64,000 bases of DNA, taken from IMG/VR virus record IMGVR_UViG_3300028591_000121, positions 1-64,000 of that record; one strand, given 5' to 3'. Position 1 is the stretch's first letter, and each line of letters starts with the position of its first letter. Positions 44,339 through 55,291 of this stretch are shown here, piece by piece. A program made the position numbers and the translations under genes. Origin of the DNA: a virus (lineage: Duplodnaviria; Caudoviricetes). The notes beneath the pieces were generated by a model. It was not told where the DNA came from and ran no database searches. It saw nothing but the letters and a program-made list of their open reading frames with translations.

Positions 44339-47300
44339 CTGTTAAACAGCTGAAAAATGGCGAGTTCTTCACTCTGAAGCCCATCGCCGAACCCAAAGAG
44401 AACCAGGTCTTCATTCGTGGAGAATATGACCGCACAGAAAAGAAATATGAGTGCGGAAAATTCTCTGACATCAGCTACTCTCGCCTGTTAAAGGGTAATA
44501 CCGAAGTCTATACGGACTTTGTGTTCTAAGAAAGGAGAATAAATATGATCGAGATCGGAAAGAAATATCGTTTCCGCTATAACGGAGACGAGATCGACAC
44601 TGACACCCATGAACTACTGATTAAGGAGAACGGAAATTTCTGCACTCCGTATAGTTGGAACTCAACGCACGAATATCTTCTTGCGGTATTCGATGGGACA
44701 AACAATGACCTCTGCGTCCGTGAAGAAGAGCTTGAGGAGATTAAGGAAGGAGACAAGACTATGAGTAAGATTATTTTTAAGGAAGTTCCTGCTGTCCAGA
44801 TGGAAACTGATTGGTTCTTCGAAGACCAGGGTTTTTCCGGCGAAGAAAATGAGAAGGCTGAACTGTTTATTCTGCTTAATAACTGGCGTGGAGATTGGTA
44901 CGGATTCAATGCGGACGATTTCACAAAGATCGCTCGTGAAAACGACTTGGATCTGGATGACAAGGACATTATTGAGAAGGTCATCGCTGCGTTGAAGACC
45001 AAAACTGGAGCGAAGTGGAATTCTACGAGAGCCTATGGCTATTGTCAGGGCGAGATCGCTACAGTTATTGCCTGTGAGGACGTTTATACGGAAGACGAGG
45101 CAAGATCTTATGCGGAGATTTATCTCGGAGCTTGCAAGGAATTCCGTACTGAGGATGAATGCGGTTTTTATGTTGCGGATTGTCAGGTAACAAAGACTGA
45201 GGATTATAAAACAGTTCTTGCGGACATGGCTGGCTATGACGTTGAGGATGTAGAAGTCCAGATGATCTCCGGCGAAAAGACAGTAACCATCTACAGCTAC
45301 GAGACGATTTAAGGAGCGTGAAGACAATGAGTAACAGGATTTACTTCGTCGAGTTCGACACAAAAGAATGTCGCACTATCTATAACCATGTCTTCCATTG
45401 TATAGCTTCGAATGCGAAGGAAGCAAGAGAAAAAGCAAGAGAAGCATGGTACACAAACGGCGAGACCTGTCATATGTTTCACGTCTATGCTAAGAAATCT
45501 CTTATCAGCAATCCTGAGTATCTTAGGGTACGCAACTGCATGGGACAGGAGATCAAAGGAGCAAATGTGCTTGACCGCTTTATTCTCTACGATCTGAAGC
45601 CGTGGGACGGATTCCGTACACATAAGAAAGGAGAATGGACATGACAAGAGCGTATCAAGTTGTCTATCGGCTGTCCAAGAAGTACGGTTGCAAGTCTAAC
45701 TGGATCTGGGAACTCGTTGAGGAGAATTTCAATATGCGGAAAGGTCAGGGAGCTTTACTTGACCCAGCAGAAGTAATCAAGTTGGAAGAAATTATTGAGG
45801 AGTTGATCGTAGGATGAAGAAGCGTTACGGATGTCAGGAGACTGCATTGCATCTGTCCCCGGAAGCCCAGAAGATTTACAACGATACAGATCCTCTCAAT
45901 ATTTTCGAGAATGAGAACGGATTATACACCCTTACAGGAGCTATTGAAGCAGAAAATCTTACGGAAGGAGAAGTAAATGATGCTCTTATTAGTCTTGCTT
46001 GCGAGTGCTGGAGTTGATAATCTGGTCTCATTGTTCCGTCGGATGCCGAACTTCAAAATGATCTACCTATAAGACGAGAAGCGAACTGATCGCTTCCCGT
46101 TTTAAATTCCGCACAAACAAAAAGGAGAATGAATATGAACAATGTTATTTTTATCGAAAACACTATGCCTGACGGAACTCCCCTGACTCTTGAATCCTGC
46201 TCTGAATACAACCATGTCACGATTGAACCCAAGAAGAATGCCAAGACCTTCCCGATGACATTCAGTTTTCAGACAAGAGATGAAGCAGAAAAGTGCTTCT
46301 GCGAACTGATGAAAGGTACGGCACAGCCTTGGCAGTATCAGCCTCATCTGAGCAAGAGAGGAAAGACGATTATGAAGCAGTACAACGACACAGTCCAGTC
46401 CGATTTCACCGACGAACAGTGCAAACGGATTGATCAGGTTTATGACAAGGCAACAGAACTGTTCCTGTTCCTGACTGATGGGAGATTCAATGTGGAAGAT
46501 ACTCCCGTACTTGGAGAGCTTACAGAAACGATTGCGGAAACCCTGACTAAGGCAGGATATGCAGTCCACTTCCCTACTTGCATCGAAGAAGATGGGACGA
46601 CGAGGATTGTAGATATCTATGAGTAAGAAAGGAGAGATTGATATGGCAAACCCGAATGAAATGAAGACCCGTAAGGTTCTGGACATGTGTGAGCACGGCT
46701 TTTGGATCGTTGTGATCAAGAATTACAGCGATCTTGAGAATCCGTACTGGATTTACAGGAAGACATGGGGAAGCAAGCGTCTCCTCGTGAAGGTATCGGA
46801 TATGTGTCAGGTGACACACTTTCTTGACCGCACTTACATCTACGGAATGGATCAAGTCCCGCTTGAAGAGTACATCGAGTGGGCAAAGAGGAAAGACTGG
46901 AGATTCATCTGATCGGTTTGCTGTCCTATCGGCGTGACGGGGAGAAAGGATTCTATTCTGAGTGAGTATTCCAGCCGGATTATTTCCTGTATGGAAGAAC
47001 TTGTAGGAATAGCAAATGAAATGGAAGCGAAATCCTATGTCGAGGAAGCTGAGAAGCTTCGTGATCTCGCCGGAAGAGCAGAGAACCTAGCTCTTGACCT
47101 GACTTACAAAGCAATTTTTGAAAAGGAGAATTGATTATGAGGTTTATCGTTACGGAAATGGATATCTATCGCCACAATCCCGAAGTCGGTCAGCTTTTTA
47201 CTCTGGTTCGTCATGAGGATATCAGGACAGGCCATAGTTACTATCGTCTCGGCGGATCTCCTGAAGGAATAGGCGGAAATATGGATAGCTCAGTCAAACG

Positions 47301-49711
47301 CTATCATGGTTGGCGTGGTACAACAAACAATATCTCCGTCGAAGCATGTGGATTGAGAAGAATTGAGAAGATTCAGTGCTGCAAGAACGGGAATGCATGG
47401 ATTACTGTGTCCGACGATCTGAAGCCGGACGAAGATTGAAAGGAGAATGAGTATGAAGAAGCAGTTTGTTGGTCTGAAGAAAGGTTTCCTTCTGATCGAA
47501 GAGAGCCAGGACTCGAATTACCCCGGAGTTTATATAAGTTATGTGGAGAACGTTGAAGATGTTGGACAGACTCTCTGCCTGATTGAGGATGACACGAACT
47601 CCAAGACTAATGAAGCAGTTGCAATCCATATCTGGGGCGATTGCAGCGTTGATAACCCGACGGAAACCACGACGATCCGCAAGGCGAACTGGAATAATCT
47701 GTGCGAGTAAGGAGAATGGTTATGAAGAAGACTGAAGCAATTAATAAGTTTCGTACTGAGATCGAAGCAACAATGGTTGAGTCCTTCCGTTCCGTACTTG
47801 AATCCGAAGGAAGGATTCAGTACCAGATTTATATCTGGGAAGACGGACAAATTGAGAGATTGGAAGGGACTTACGGTGATCGTTCCTATCTCAGACCAAG
47901 AGACGATGAAGAACGTCAGTTGTTTTATATCTGTCGGGTTGATTGGGGCTATATGGGTGGAGCAGAAATTACTGACATTGATGAGATGGTTGAGGACTAC
48001 GAGAGCGATGTAGAAGAAATCCTCGACTATGTATATCTCGAAGCAGTCGACGAAGAGAGGTGGGACTGGTGAAGCTGTTGGTCTTTGCTTTGATGTACCT
48101 GTGTGTATCTGTGTTGGCTGAGATTGTAGAAAAGATGAGGAGAATTTAACTATGAAGAAGCTTTCTATCCCGGAATTCGCTAAAGTTCTGACTGAGAACC
48201 CTGAAAAGGAATTGTATATTGCTGCAAATTATGACGAAGAGATCGGGGCTTTTACCTCAGACTGTTGTGACACTTGGTTCGCCTTCGAAATTACATCTAT
48301 CGGTGACTGCCCTGTTCTTCTTGCGAACTACTGCGGTTCAACTGAGCCGTATGACATTGCTTCCTATCCTATCGCCGGATACTACGACAATCTGACTGGC
48401 GAAACTAATGATCTGGAACACGCCATTTCAAAATACATGCAGAAGATTGACGAGTTGCACTATTGCAACATGGACAACGTTGTCTACTTCGATGACGAAG
48501 CTGTCGAAATTTGAGAGGAGAAAACATTATGAAGATTATTTTTACGGCACTCAATCCCAAGGACGAGAACCAGGAATTCTACTTCGACAACGTTATCGGC
48601 ATGGAGAAAGTTACGGACTCCGCAAAGACTCCTTTCCTGCTTGTCAAGACTTCGGAATATCCGACCGTCGAAGTCAACCTGAAGAAGTATGACTTCAAGT
48701 TGGAGATTGAGTGATCTCACATCTGAGTACAGAAAATTGAGTACGATTTGCTACTGGGGAGACGAAGCTGAAGAAGTTTACGTCTCCCCTATTTCAGCTT
48801 AGAACTTCTGTTAATTCTCTACTGAGTACAGAAAGGAAAATTGTTATGAAAAAGTATTACAAGGATTTTTATGGGTGCATTGCCTCAATCAAATCGAATC
48901 GAGACGGGACTTACTTTTACCGGGTATGTAACGTATGGGGTAAGTTGGTGTGCAAAGGGCAGACCCGTACAGAACGTGGAGCTAAGATAGCCATCGGCCA
49001 GGTCACTGACGGCAGATGGAAAGAAGTAAGGTAACTATCTAGTCGGGAAATTTTTGTGCAACTTCCCAGCTGCGAAGATTGGCAGAACATGGTATAGTGT
49101 GTCTGAGGACATGAGATGAAAGGAGAACTCAACTATGACTAAAGGACAGAAGGCACAGATCAGGAGATGCTTTGAGAAGATTGAAGCAGAACTGGACAAG
49201 CTCCAAGCTATCGCTGACGAGTTGGAAGACAAGTATAGTGATATCCCGTTTGAGAAGTTGGACTCTGATAAAGCGAATCAATTGTTCCAAGAAATGACTG
49301 ACCTAGAACAAGCAATTAATGATACGAGCTTTGGAGTGAACGGTTGGACTCTTCAATATGGTGATTGATAAGGAACGTTTCGTAAGAGAGAAGACTCATC
49401 GTCGGGTCTTCTTTTCTTTTAATAAACGGATATAGGAGATATGATATATGTGTCGTAACATTTGGTCTCAGCTTCCGAGGAGCAAGAAGATGGTCTATGT
49501 ATGCAAGGGTGCTGTCTCTCATGCAGCCGTCATTATTGACAGCCAGAGAGTGGTACAGATCCCGTATCGTGATAACGGGAAAGGTGTACTGGTTGTACTA
49601 TCTGGCAGAATATCTTACCGTGACGCACAACGACTTGATAGAGCGAACAAGATTGTTTGGTTGAACCTAGACTTCGTAAGAAAATTTTCAGAAGAGGTTA
49701 ATATCCGCTGA
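44336..49711 (+). other. Cluster of ~18 small early hypothetical CDSs (e.g. 44545-45312, 45318-45644, 46129-46626, 47131-47439, 48152-48514, 48846-49034, 49135-49368, 49448-49711)
   Basis: Dense, co-oriented, AAGGAG RBSs, TAA/TGA stops; no in-frame TAG seen. Confidence 0.7.
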
Positions 49712-49729
49712 AAAAGGGAGCGTTATATA
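49681..49729 (+). promoter_or_regulatory. Putative phage-specific promoter, copy 2
   Basis: AAAATTTT..AGGTTAATATC..AAAAAGGGAGCGTTATATA, shared with 32427-32480 on the minus strand. Confidence 0.6.
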
Positions 49730-49763
49730 AGTAGACGCACTTCACAAACGGGAGGAGAAGTAG

Positions 49764-50024
49764 ATGAGAAAAATTCAGAACCTTGCAGTCGTGCGTGGGA
49801 GTAACGCAGAAAAGCACATGGTGGTTTCCACCGAATACGGAACGAGTTTCAGTGTTTCCGTATACACAGAGAAAGATTATACGGAAATCGGTGAAACGGC
49901 AACCCCAGCTGAATGGTACAGGGTAAACAATCGTGATGAATTGGATGCGACTTACGCATATCTCTGCACCAAGTATGGAGTTGTTATCTCCAGCACTGTC
50001 TGTATGACGGACTGTGACAACTAA
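49764..50024 (+). CDS. Hypothetical protein
   Basis: GGAGGAG RBS. Confidence 0.7.
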   Translation: MRKIQNLAVVRGSNAEKHMVVSTEYGTSFSVSVYTEKDYTEIGETATPAEWYRVNNRDELDATYAYLCTKYGVVISSTVCMTDCDN

Positions 50025-50044
50025 GAAAGGATGAGAGAGAAAAG

Positions 50045-51382
50045 ATGTCCGACTATTGTGGTTACATTACAAGAATCAAAGGATTGACTCCTCTCCCAAA
50101 TTCGGATCGTCTTCTGATCGGACGCTGTTTCGATGACAACGTTATCGTGGATAACTCCTACAATGAGGGAGAACTGGTCGTCTACTTTATGGCCGGCACT
50201 CAGATCGGTGAAGAGTTTGCCGAGAAGAACAACCTGATCCGCAAAGTCGATGCGGAAGGTAAGAATGTTGGCGGTTACCTTGAGAAGTCTAGGGCGGTCA
50301 AAGCAATCAATATCAGAAAAAGCAAGTCCGACGGGCTTGCGCTCAAGCTTGAGAGTCTGGAAGGCTTCACTGATGTCTCCTCTCTGAAGGAAGGAGATCG
50401 GATTGAGGTTCTGAATGGGATCGTAATCGCTCAGAAGTATCTTCCCAAGATCACAGCGACCTCTGGAAAGAGTAACGGCAAAGAGAGTGCAGTGCCCAGG
50501 ATCAATTGTCCTCAGTTCGCTGAACATATTGACACGGCTCATCTCGACAAGTCTCTCTCTGCTTTCCGTCCCGGAGATACCGTCCAGATCACGGTTAAAC
50601 TGGATGGGACTTCGCATCGTACAGGCTACTTCCCCGTCACTCATGTTGCCAAGAGGAACTGGCTGCAGAAACTGCTCCATCTGAATGCCAAAACAACTAC
50701 GGACTGGGAAATTGTGAACGGAACACGACGTGTTGTTCTGAACTCGCCCGACGGTGGGTTCTATGGGAGCAACGAGTTCCGCTTTGCAATGGCGGACAAG
50801 TTAAAGGGCAAGCTCTACAAGGGCGAGGAAGTCTTCTACGAGATCGTCGGTTATGTTGGGAAAAACGGACATCCAATTCGTCCAACCGTTGACAACAAGA
50901 AACTGAACGACAAGGACTTTGTAAAACAGTATGGTGGCGTGTCCGAGTTTTCCTACGGGTGCAAGCAGGAGAACGGATACACTGATGATCCGCCTTGCTG
51001 CGAGATGTACGTCTATCGTATTACTCTGACTACGGAAGACGGACATGTGATGGAGTACAGCCCTGATCAGATCAAGGCACGGTGTGAAGACATGGGTGTC
51101 AAGTACGTGCCTGAGTGTGAGACCTTCCGTATTCCTGAAGACTGCGCTGATCCTGGCGAGTACGTAATGGAGAAAGCCAAGCAGTATTACGATGGGCCAG
51201 ATCCCATCGGTAAGACTCATGTCCGGGAAGGTGTGGTGCTCCGCATTGTGAACCGCAGAAGCTTTGCGGCTTACAAGTACAAGAACCACTCCTATAAGGT
51301 GCTTGCTGGAATCGCAGTTGATCAGCTTGTTGCTTCCGGCGAGATCAATGGTTTGTCTGCTGATACGATTGAGGAACTGTGA
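50045..51382 (+). CDS. RNA ligase (Rnl2/DRB0094-like) with an N-terminal OB-fold
   Basis: Motif I TVKLDGT, FYEIVG, REGVVLR, AYKYK; N-terminus P..DRL resembling tRNA-binding OB domains. Confidence 0.85.
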   Translation: MSDYCGYITRIKGLTPLPNSDRLLIGRCFDDNVIVDNSYNEGELVVYFMAGTQIGEEFAEKNNLIRKVDAEGKNVGGYLEKSRAVKAINIRKSKSDGLALKLESLEGFTDVSSLKEGDRIEVLNGIVIAQKYLPKITATSGKSNGKESAVPRINCPQFAEHIDTAHLDKSLSAFRPGDTVQITVKLDGTSHRTGYFPVTHVAKRNWLQKLLHLNAKTTTDWEIVNGTRRVVLNSPDGGFYGSNEFRFAMADKLKGKLYKGEEVFYEIVGYVGKNGHPIRPTVDNKKLNDKDFVKQYGGVSEFSYGCKQENGYTDDPPCCEMYVYRITLTTEDGHVMEYSPDQIKARCEDMGVKYVPECETFRIPEDCADPGEYVMEKAKQYYDGPDPIGKTHVREGVVLRIVNRRSFAAYKYKNHSYKVLAGIAVDQLVASGEINGLSADTIEEL

Positions 51383-51939
51383 TATGAGGTATACGAGATA
51401 TGAAAATGGCTTCTGGCGTTAGCGTCAAATCATTCATCCGCAAGACAAATAAAGACATTTGCATTGCCTATTGCCGGAATTGCAACTGTCTGAGGACTTT
51501 GCAACGGCGTAGGGTATTATGGAAGACCTTCAATGTCTGCCCCTACTGTTACTCCACTTTTATTCTGCCAACTCTTCACTCTTAATTCAACTATTAGTTG
51601 AACTGGATGCAGCAAAATTTTATGCATTTTTGGCCTTCACAAGGGTAGCCCGGTATGTTAAGCTATCCTTGTTCCAAGATAATATAAGAAAGGAACGAGC
51701 TTATGAACGATATGTTTCAGACCACGAACCGCTACCTTGAACAGTTCCTCTTCGCTGTAGGAATCAAGGCAGTGAAGACTTCCAAGACGGAAGATTTTAT
51801 GACTTGCTGGTACTATCTGCGGACTCCTCGTCTGGAGAAAGCGGTCACCGCTTATGGCGAGATTGTCAGCACTCCTCATACTGCCGCCTAAACCAGTATT
51901 TTCCCTCTCACAAGCACGATTCACAAAGGAGAATGAGAT

Positions 51940-52890
51940 ATGAGCGATACTTCTAGAACTTATGGCGTTGGCGGTGCTCCGCATTATACGATGGTTGATT
52001 TCTATTGCCAGTCTCGCAAGCGCAAGGTCAATGAGAATACGATTAACCTTCAGCGCACTCGTCTCAACACTGTACTGAACGAATGGGAACAGAAATACAA
52101 CGTGATCATCCTGGAAAATCAGATCATTGGGCTGAACGGAATCATTGTTCAGCGGTGGTGCAATGACTGGAGCGAGACGAAAGCACCGTCGACAATGAAT
52201 AACTATATTTCTTTCCTTAACAACTTCCTCTACTGGGCTTTCAAGATTGGATTTGTACAAGAAGATTACTCAGGAATCCTTAATTCTCAGAAGCTCATTG
52301 ACCCGGAAACTCTTCCAGAAGACGAACGTCCTGTAGAAAAGTTCTATACGCATGAAGAAGTTGAAGCTCTGATTAAAGAGATCGAAAAGAGTCAGGACAG
52401 GAACTGGTTGAGAGACCGTGCAATGATCACACTGATTCTTTTCAGCGGACTCCGCAGAGAAGAGATTGCAAAGCTGACAATTAAACAGGTTCTCAACTAC
52501 GGAAAAGGATATGTTTACTGTCAGCGTAAAGGTGGAGCTTGGAGAATGGCTGAAGTTTCAGAAGAATGGTACAAGTATTTGCAACCTTACCTCGACAGCC
52601 GTGAAGATACTTATGATGACTCCCCTCTCTTCACCACTGAAGGCGGAACAGCCATTACAAAGAAGGGAATCTATAACACAATCCGCAAATATCAGGACAG
52701 GCTTGGACTTGTAAGAGGTTCTCACGTACTTCGCCATGTATTCATCTCCGAGGTTGAGAAGAACGGTGGGATTGCAGTCGCAAGAGACTGTGCAAATCAC
52801 AAACACATCCGTATTACTGACAGATATGATCACACGACAGCAGACCAGAGGAAAGTTGCAGTAAACGGGATCAATTACTTCGGTAAGTAA
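51940..52890 (+). CDS. Tyrosine recombinase/integrase
   Basis: RDRAM...SGLRREE, KGG, HVLRH, NH...T..Y. Confidence 0.88.
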   Translation: MSDTSRTYGVGGAPHYTMVDFYCQSRKRKVNENTINLQRTRLNTVLNEWEQKYNVIILENQIIGLNGIIVQRWCNDWSETKAPSTMNNYISFLNNFLYWAFKIGFVQEDYSGILNSQKLIDPETLPEDERPVEKFYTHEEVEALIKEIEKSQDRNWLRDRAMITLILFSGLRREEIAKLTIKQVLNYGKGYVYCQRKGGAWRMAEVSEEWYKYLQPYLDSREDTYDDSPLFTTEGGTAITKKGIYNTIRKYQDRLGLVRGSHVLRHVFISEVEKNGGIAVARDCANHKHIRITDRYDHTTADQRKVAVNGINYFGK

Positions 52891-53105
52891 GCCTTGTTTG
52901 CCCCATCTTCCGGGACAGACTTAGACATACTGCTTACAACTACACACAAGCACAAACAACAAACACACAACGATTCACGATTAACAATTCACAAAACACA
53001 GCCACTGCGTGTTGGCGGGGCTGATGTTTAAAAGAATAAGTTAGCTGAAATTTGTTGATGTGTTTTTGTTTGTGCATTTTTTATGCCCAAGTGACCCAAG
53101 AAAGG

Positions 53106-54116
53106 ATGAACAAATATATGGAAATGAAAAAAGCCCGGCGAGTACAAGCCAAGATCAAGCTTGCTATCGCAGGAATTTCTGGCAGTGGCAAGACGATGAG
53201 CGCACTGCTTATGGCTTACGGAATGGTGAAGGAATCTCATCCTGGCATTTCTGACAGTGAAGCATGGGAAAAGATCTGCCTGATCGATACCGAGAACGGC
53301 TCCGGCTCACTGTATTCGAAAGCCAAAGTCAAAGGAACAACAACAACGATTGGTGAGTACTACACCATCGACATTGAACCGCCCTTCACTGTTGACAAGT
53401 ACATCGAGTCAATCAAGACCGCAGAAGAAAACGGTATTGAGGTGCTGATTATTGACTCCGTATCCCATGCGTGGGCTGGCGAGGGTGGTGCTCTCGACAA
53501 ACAGGCTGCAATCGCTGCCAACTCTCCGTCAGGCAACTCCTACACTGCTTGGAGACAGCCGAAGAAGGATCAGAGTCAGCTGATGAACACGATTCTCCAG
53601 TGCAAGATGCACGTTATCTCCTGCATCCGTGCAAAGACTGAATATGTGCAGGACAAGGATGACAAGGGCAAGACCCGTGTTCGTAAGGTTGGTCTTGGGC
53701 TGATTACCCAGGGTGAAACCGACTACGAATACACCACAGTCTTCATGCTGAATCAGGAACACGTTGCTTCCAGTACTAAGGACAGGACTGGACGTTTCGA
53801 CGGGCAGTACTTTGTCATTACCCCTGACACGGGGCGTGAAGTGATTCGCTGGCTCGACGATGCTCCTGTCGAAGAGCCGAAGCCTGAGATTACGAAGACT
53901 GAGACCCCTGTTGAGACTGCTCCGGCTGATCCCGCAAGAATTGAAGCGGCTAAGAAGTCCATTAGCGATGTTGTTTCCAATCTCATGGAAGCAGGAAAGA
54001 CCAGAAGTGAAATTGCTGCGGTAACCAAGCAGTACTGCGGTGTAGCCAACTACCTCAAGGTAGACGATATCGAAAAACTGAAGGCCACGTACCTTGCGCT
54101 GGCCGCTATGGAATAA
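53106..54116 (+). CDS. AAA/Sak4-like ATPase (recombination)
   Basis: GISGSGKT, IDTENGS, IIDSVSHAW, YEYT, KDRT. Confidence 0.85.
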   Translation: MNKYMEMKKARRVQAKIKLAIAGISGSGKTMSALLMAYGMVKESHPGISDSEAWEKICLIDTENGSGSLYSKAKVKGTTTTIGEYYTIDIEPPFTVDKYIESIKTAEENGIEVLIIDSVSHAWAGEGGALDKQAAIAANSPSGNSYTAWRQPKKDQSQLMNTILQCKMHVISCIRAKTEYVQDKDDKGKTRVRKVGLGLITQGETDYEYTTVFMLNQEHVASSTKDRTGRFDGQYFVITPDTGREVIRWLDDAPVEEPKPEITKTETPVETAPADPARIEAAKKSISDVVSNLMEAGKTRSEIAAVTKQYCGVANYLKVDDIEKLKATYLALAAME

Positions 54117-54128
54117 GGAGAGATTTAT

Positions 54129-54539
54129 ATGGCAGTAAACAAGATTACAACCGTGGGTCGGCTCGTTGCAGACCCTGAAGCACGGCAGGCAGGAAGCTAT
54201 CCGATTGCGGAGATTCGTATTGCGAGTCCTACCGCAACAAAGCAGCGCAACTCTGAGGAGTATATCACCAATTTCTACCGTGTGACGATCTGGAACAAGA
54301 ACCGCTGTGAATACGTACTGAAGAACCTGAAACAGGGCGATATGGTGTGTGTCAGCGGTGACCTGACGATCAATATGTACAAGAAGACCGATGGAACGAC
54401 CGCAACTTCGATTGACATCACTGCAACCGATGTTGAACTGATGCGGCGTAAGGGTGACGGCAGTTCCTCTGCTCCTGCTGCAACTCCTGCTCCTACAAAG
54501 AGACCAGAGATTGCTATGGAAGACGATCTCCCCTTCTAA
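54129..54539 (+). CDS. ssb: Single-stranded DNA-binding protein
   Basis: NKI..VGRL.ADPE N-terminus; C-terminal DDLPF. Confidence 0.92.
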   Translation: MAVNKITTVGRLVADPEARQAGSYPIAEIRIASPTATKQRNSEEYITNFYRVTIWNKNRCEYVLKNLKQGDMVCVSGDLTINMYKKTDGTTATSIDITATDVELMRRKGDGSSSAPAATPAPTKRPEIAMEDDLPF

Positions 54540-54564
54540 TCCAAAAAACTAGGAGTACAAAGCG

Positions 54565-55110
54565 ATGACGAACGACGAACTCTTTGCAGAATGGCATCCG
54601 ATTATTCGTAGTTGTCTGAAGAGTTACATTGCGACGCATAAAGCTCTGTCAGCTTCCTATGAAGATCTGTATCAGGAATGTTTCGCCTATTTCCTTAGAC
54701 TTAGGCGGAACAACCCTGACTTTCATCCAGGATATCTCACTGTCAGGGATGTTATCAGGGAACACTTCATGACTACCAAAATGTTTACAGTACATAGGAT
54801 AGATAAGATCTGTACTGCGACAGTTGGTAAGAAAATTGATGAAATATGCGACCGTAGTCAGGATATTTCAGAGTTTGTCAATATCGAAGACAAGTCTTTG
54901 TCAAATACTTATAACGACGTTGACACTATGGTTGACTGGAATCACTTCTGTGAAATTCAGGGAGAGATTGATTCAAAAATTCTCTTTATGAAGGCTAAAG
55001 GGATGACAAATGTAAGTATTGCGAAAGAATTGGGGATCAGTTCTCCGGCTGTCCTCAAAAGACTCCGCAAACTGAGTGTTAAATACCATGAATGGCTTGA
55101 AGCCAGTTAA
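54565..55110 (+). CDS. Phage sigma-70-family (ECF-like) sigma factor
   Basis: Region 2 YEDLYQE; region 4 GMTNVSIAKELGISSPAV.KRL. Confidence 0.75.
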   Translation: MTNDELFAEWHPIIRSCLKSYIATHKALSASYEDLYQECFAYFLRLRRNNPDFHPGYLTVRDVIREHFMTTKMFTVHRIDKICTATVGKKIDEICDRSQDISEFVNIEDKSLSNTYNDVDTMVDWNHFCEIQGEIDSKILFMKAKGMTNVSIAKELGISSPAVLKRLRKLSVKYHEWLEAS

Positions 55111-55291
55111 GGAGACGAGTTATGTACCCTACTTACGTATGTACGATGACCAAGAAGCAGTACGACTATTACTTTACTGATGCGGGTGGTCGTATCCGTT
55201 CGAAAAAGGAACTGATCGAATACATTTCGCAGACTTCCGAGATGTTCGGCGAGTGTGTCGATATTAAGGTCGAGGATTAACGATAGAAAGG

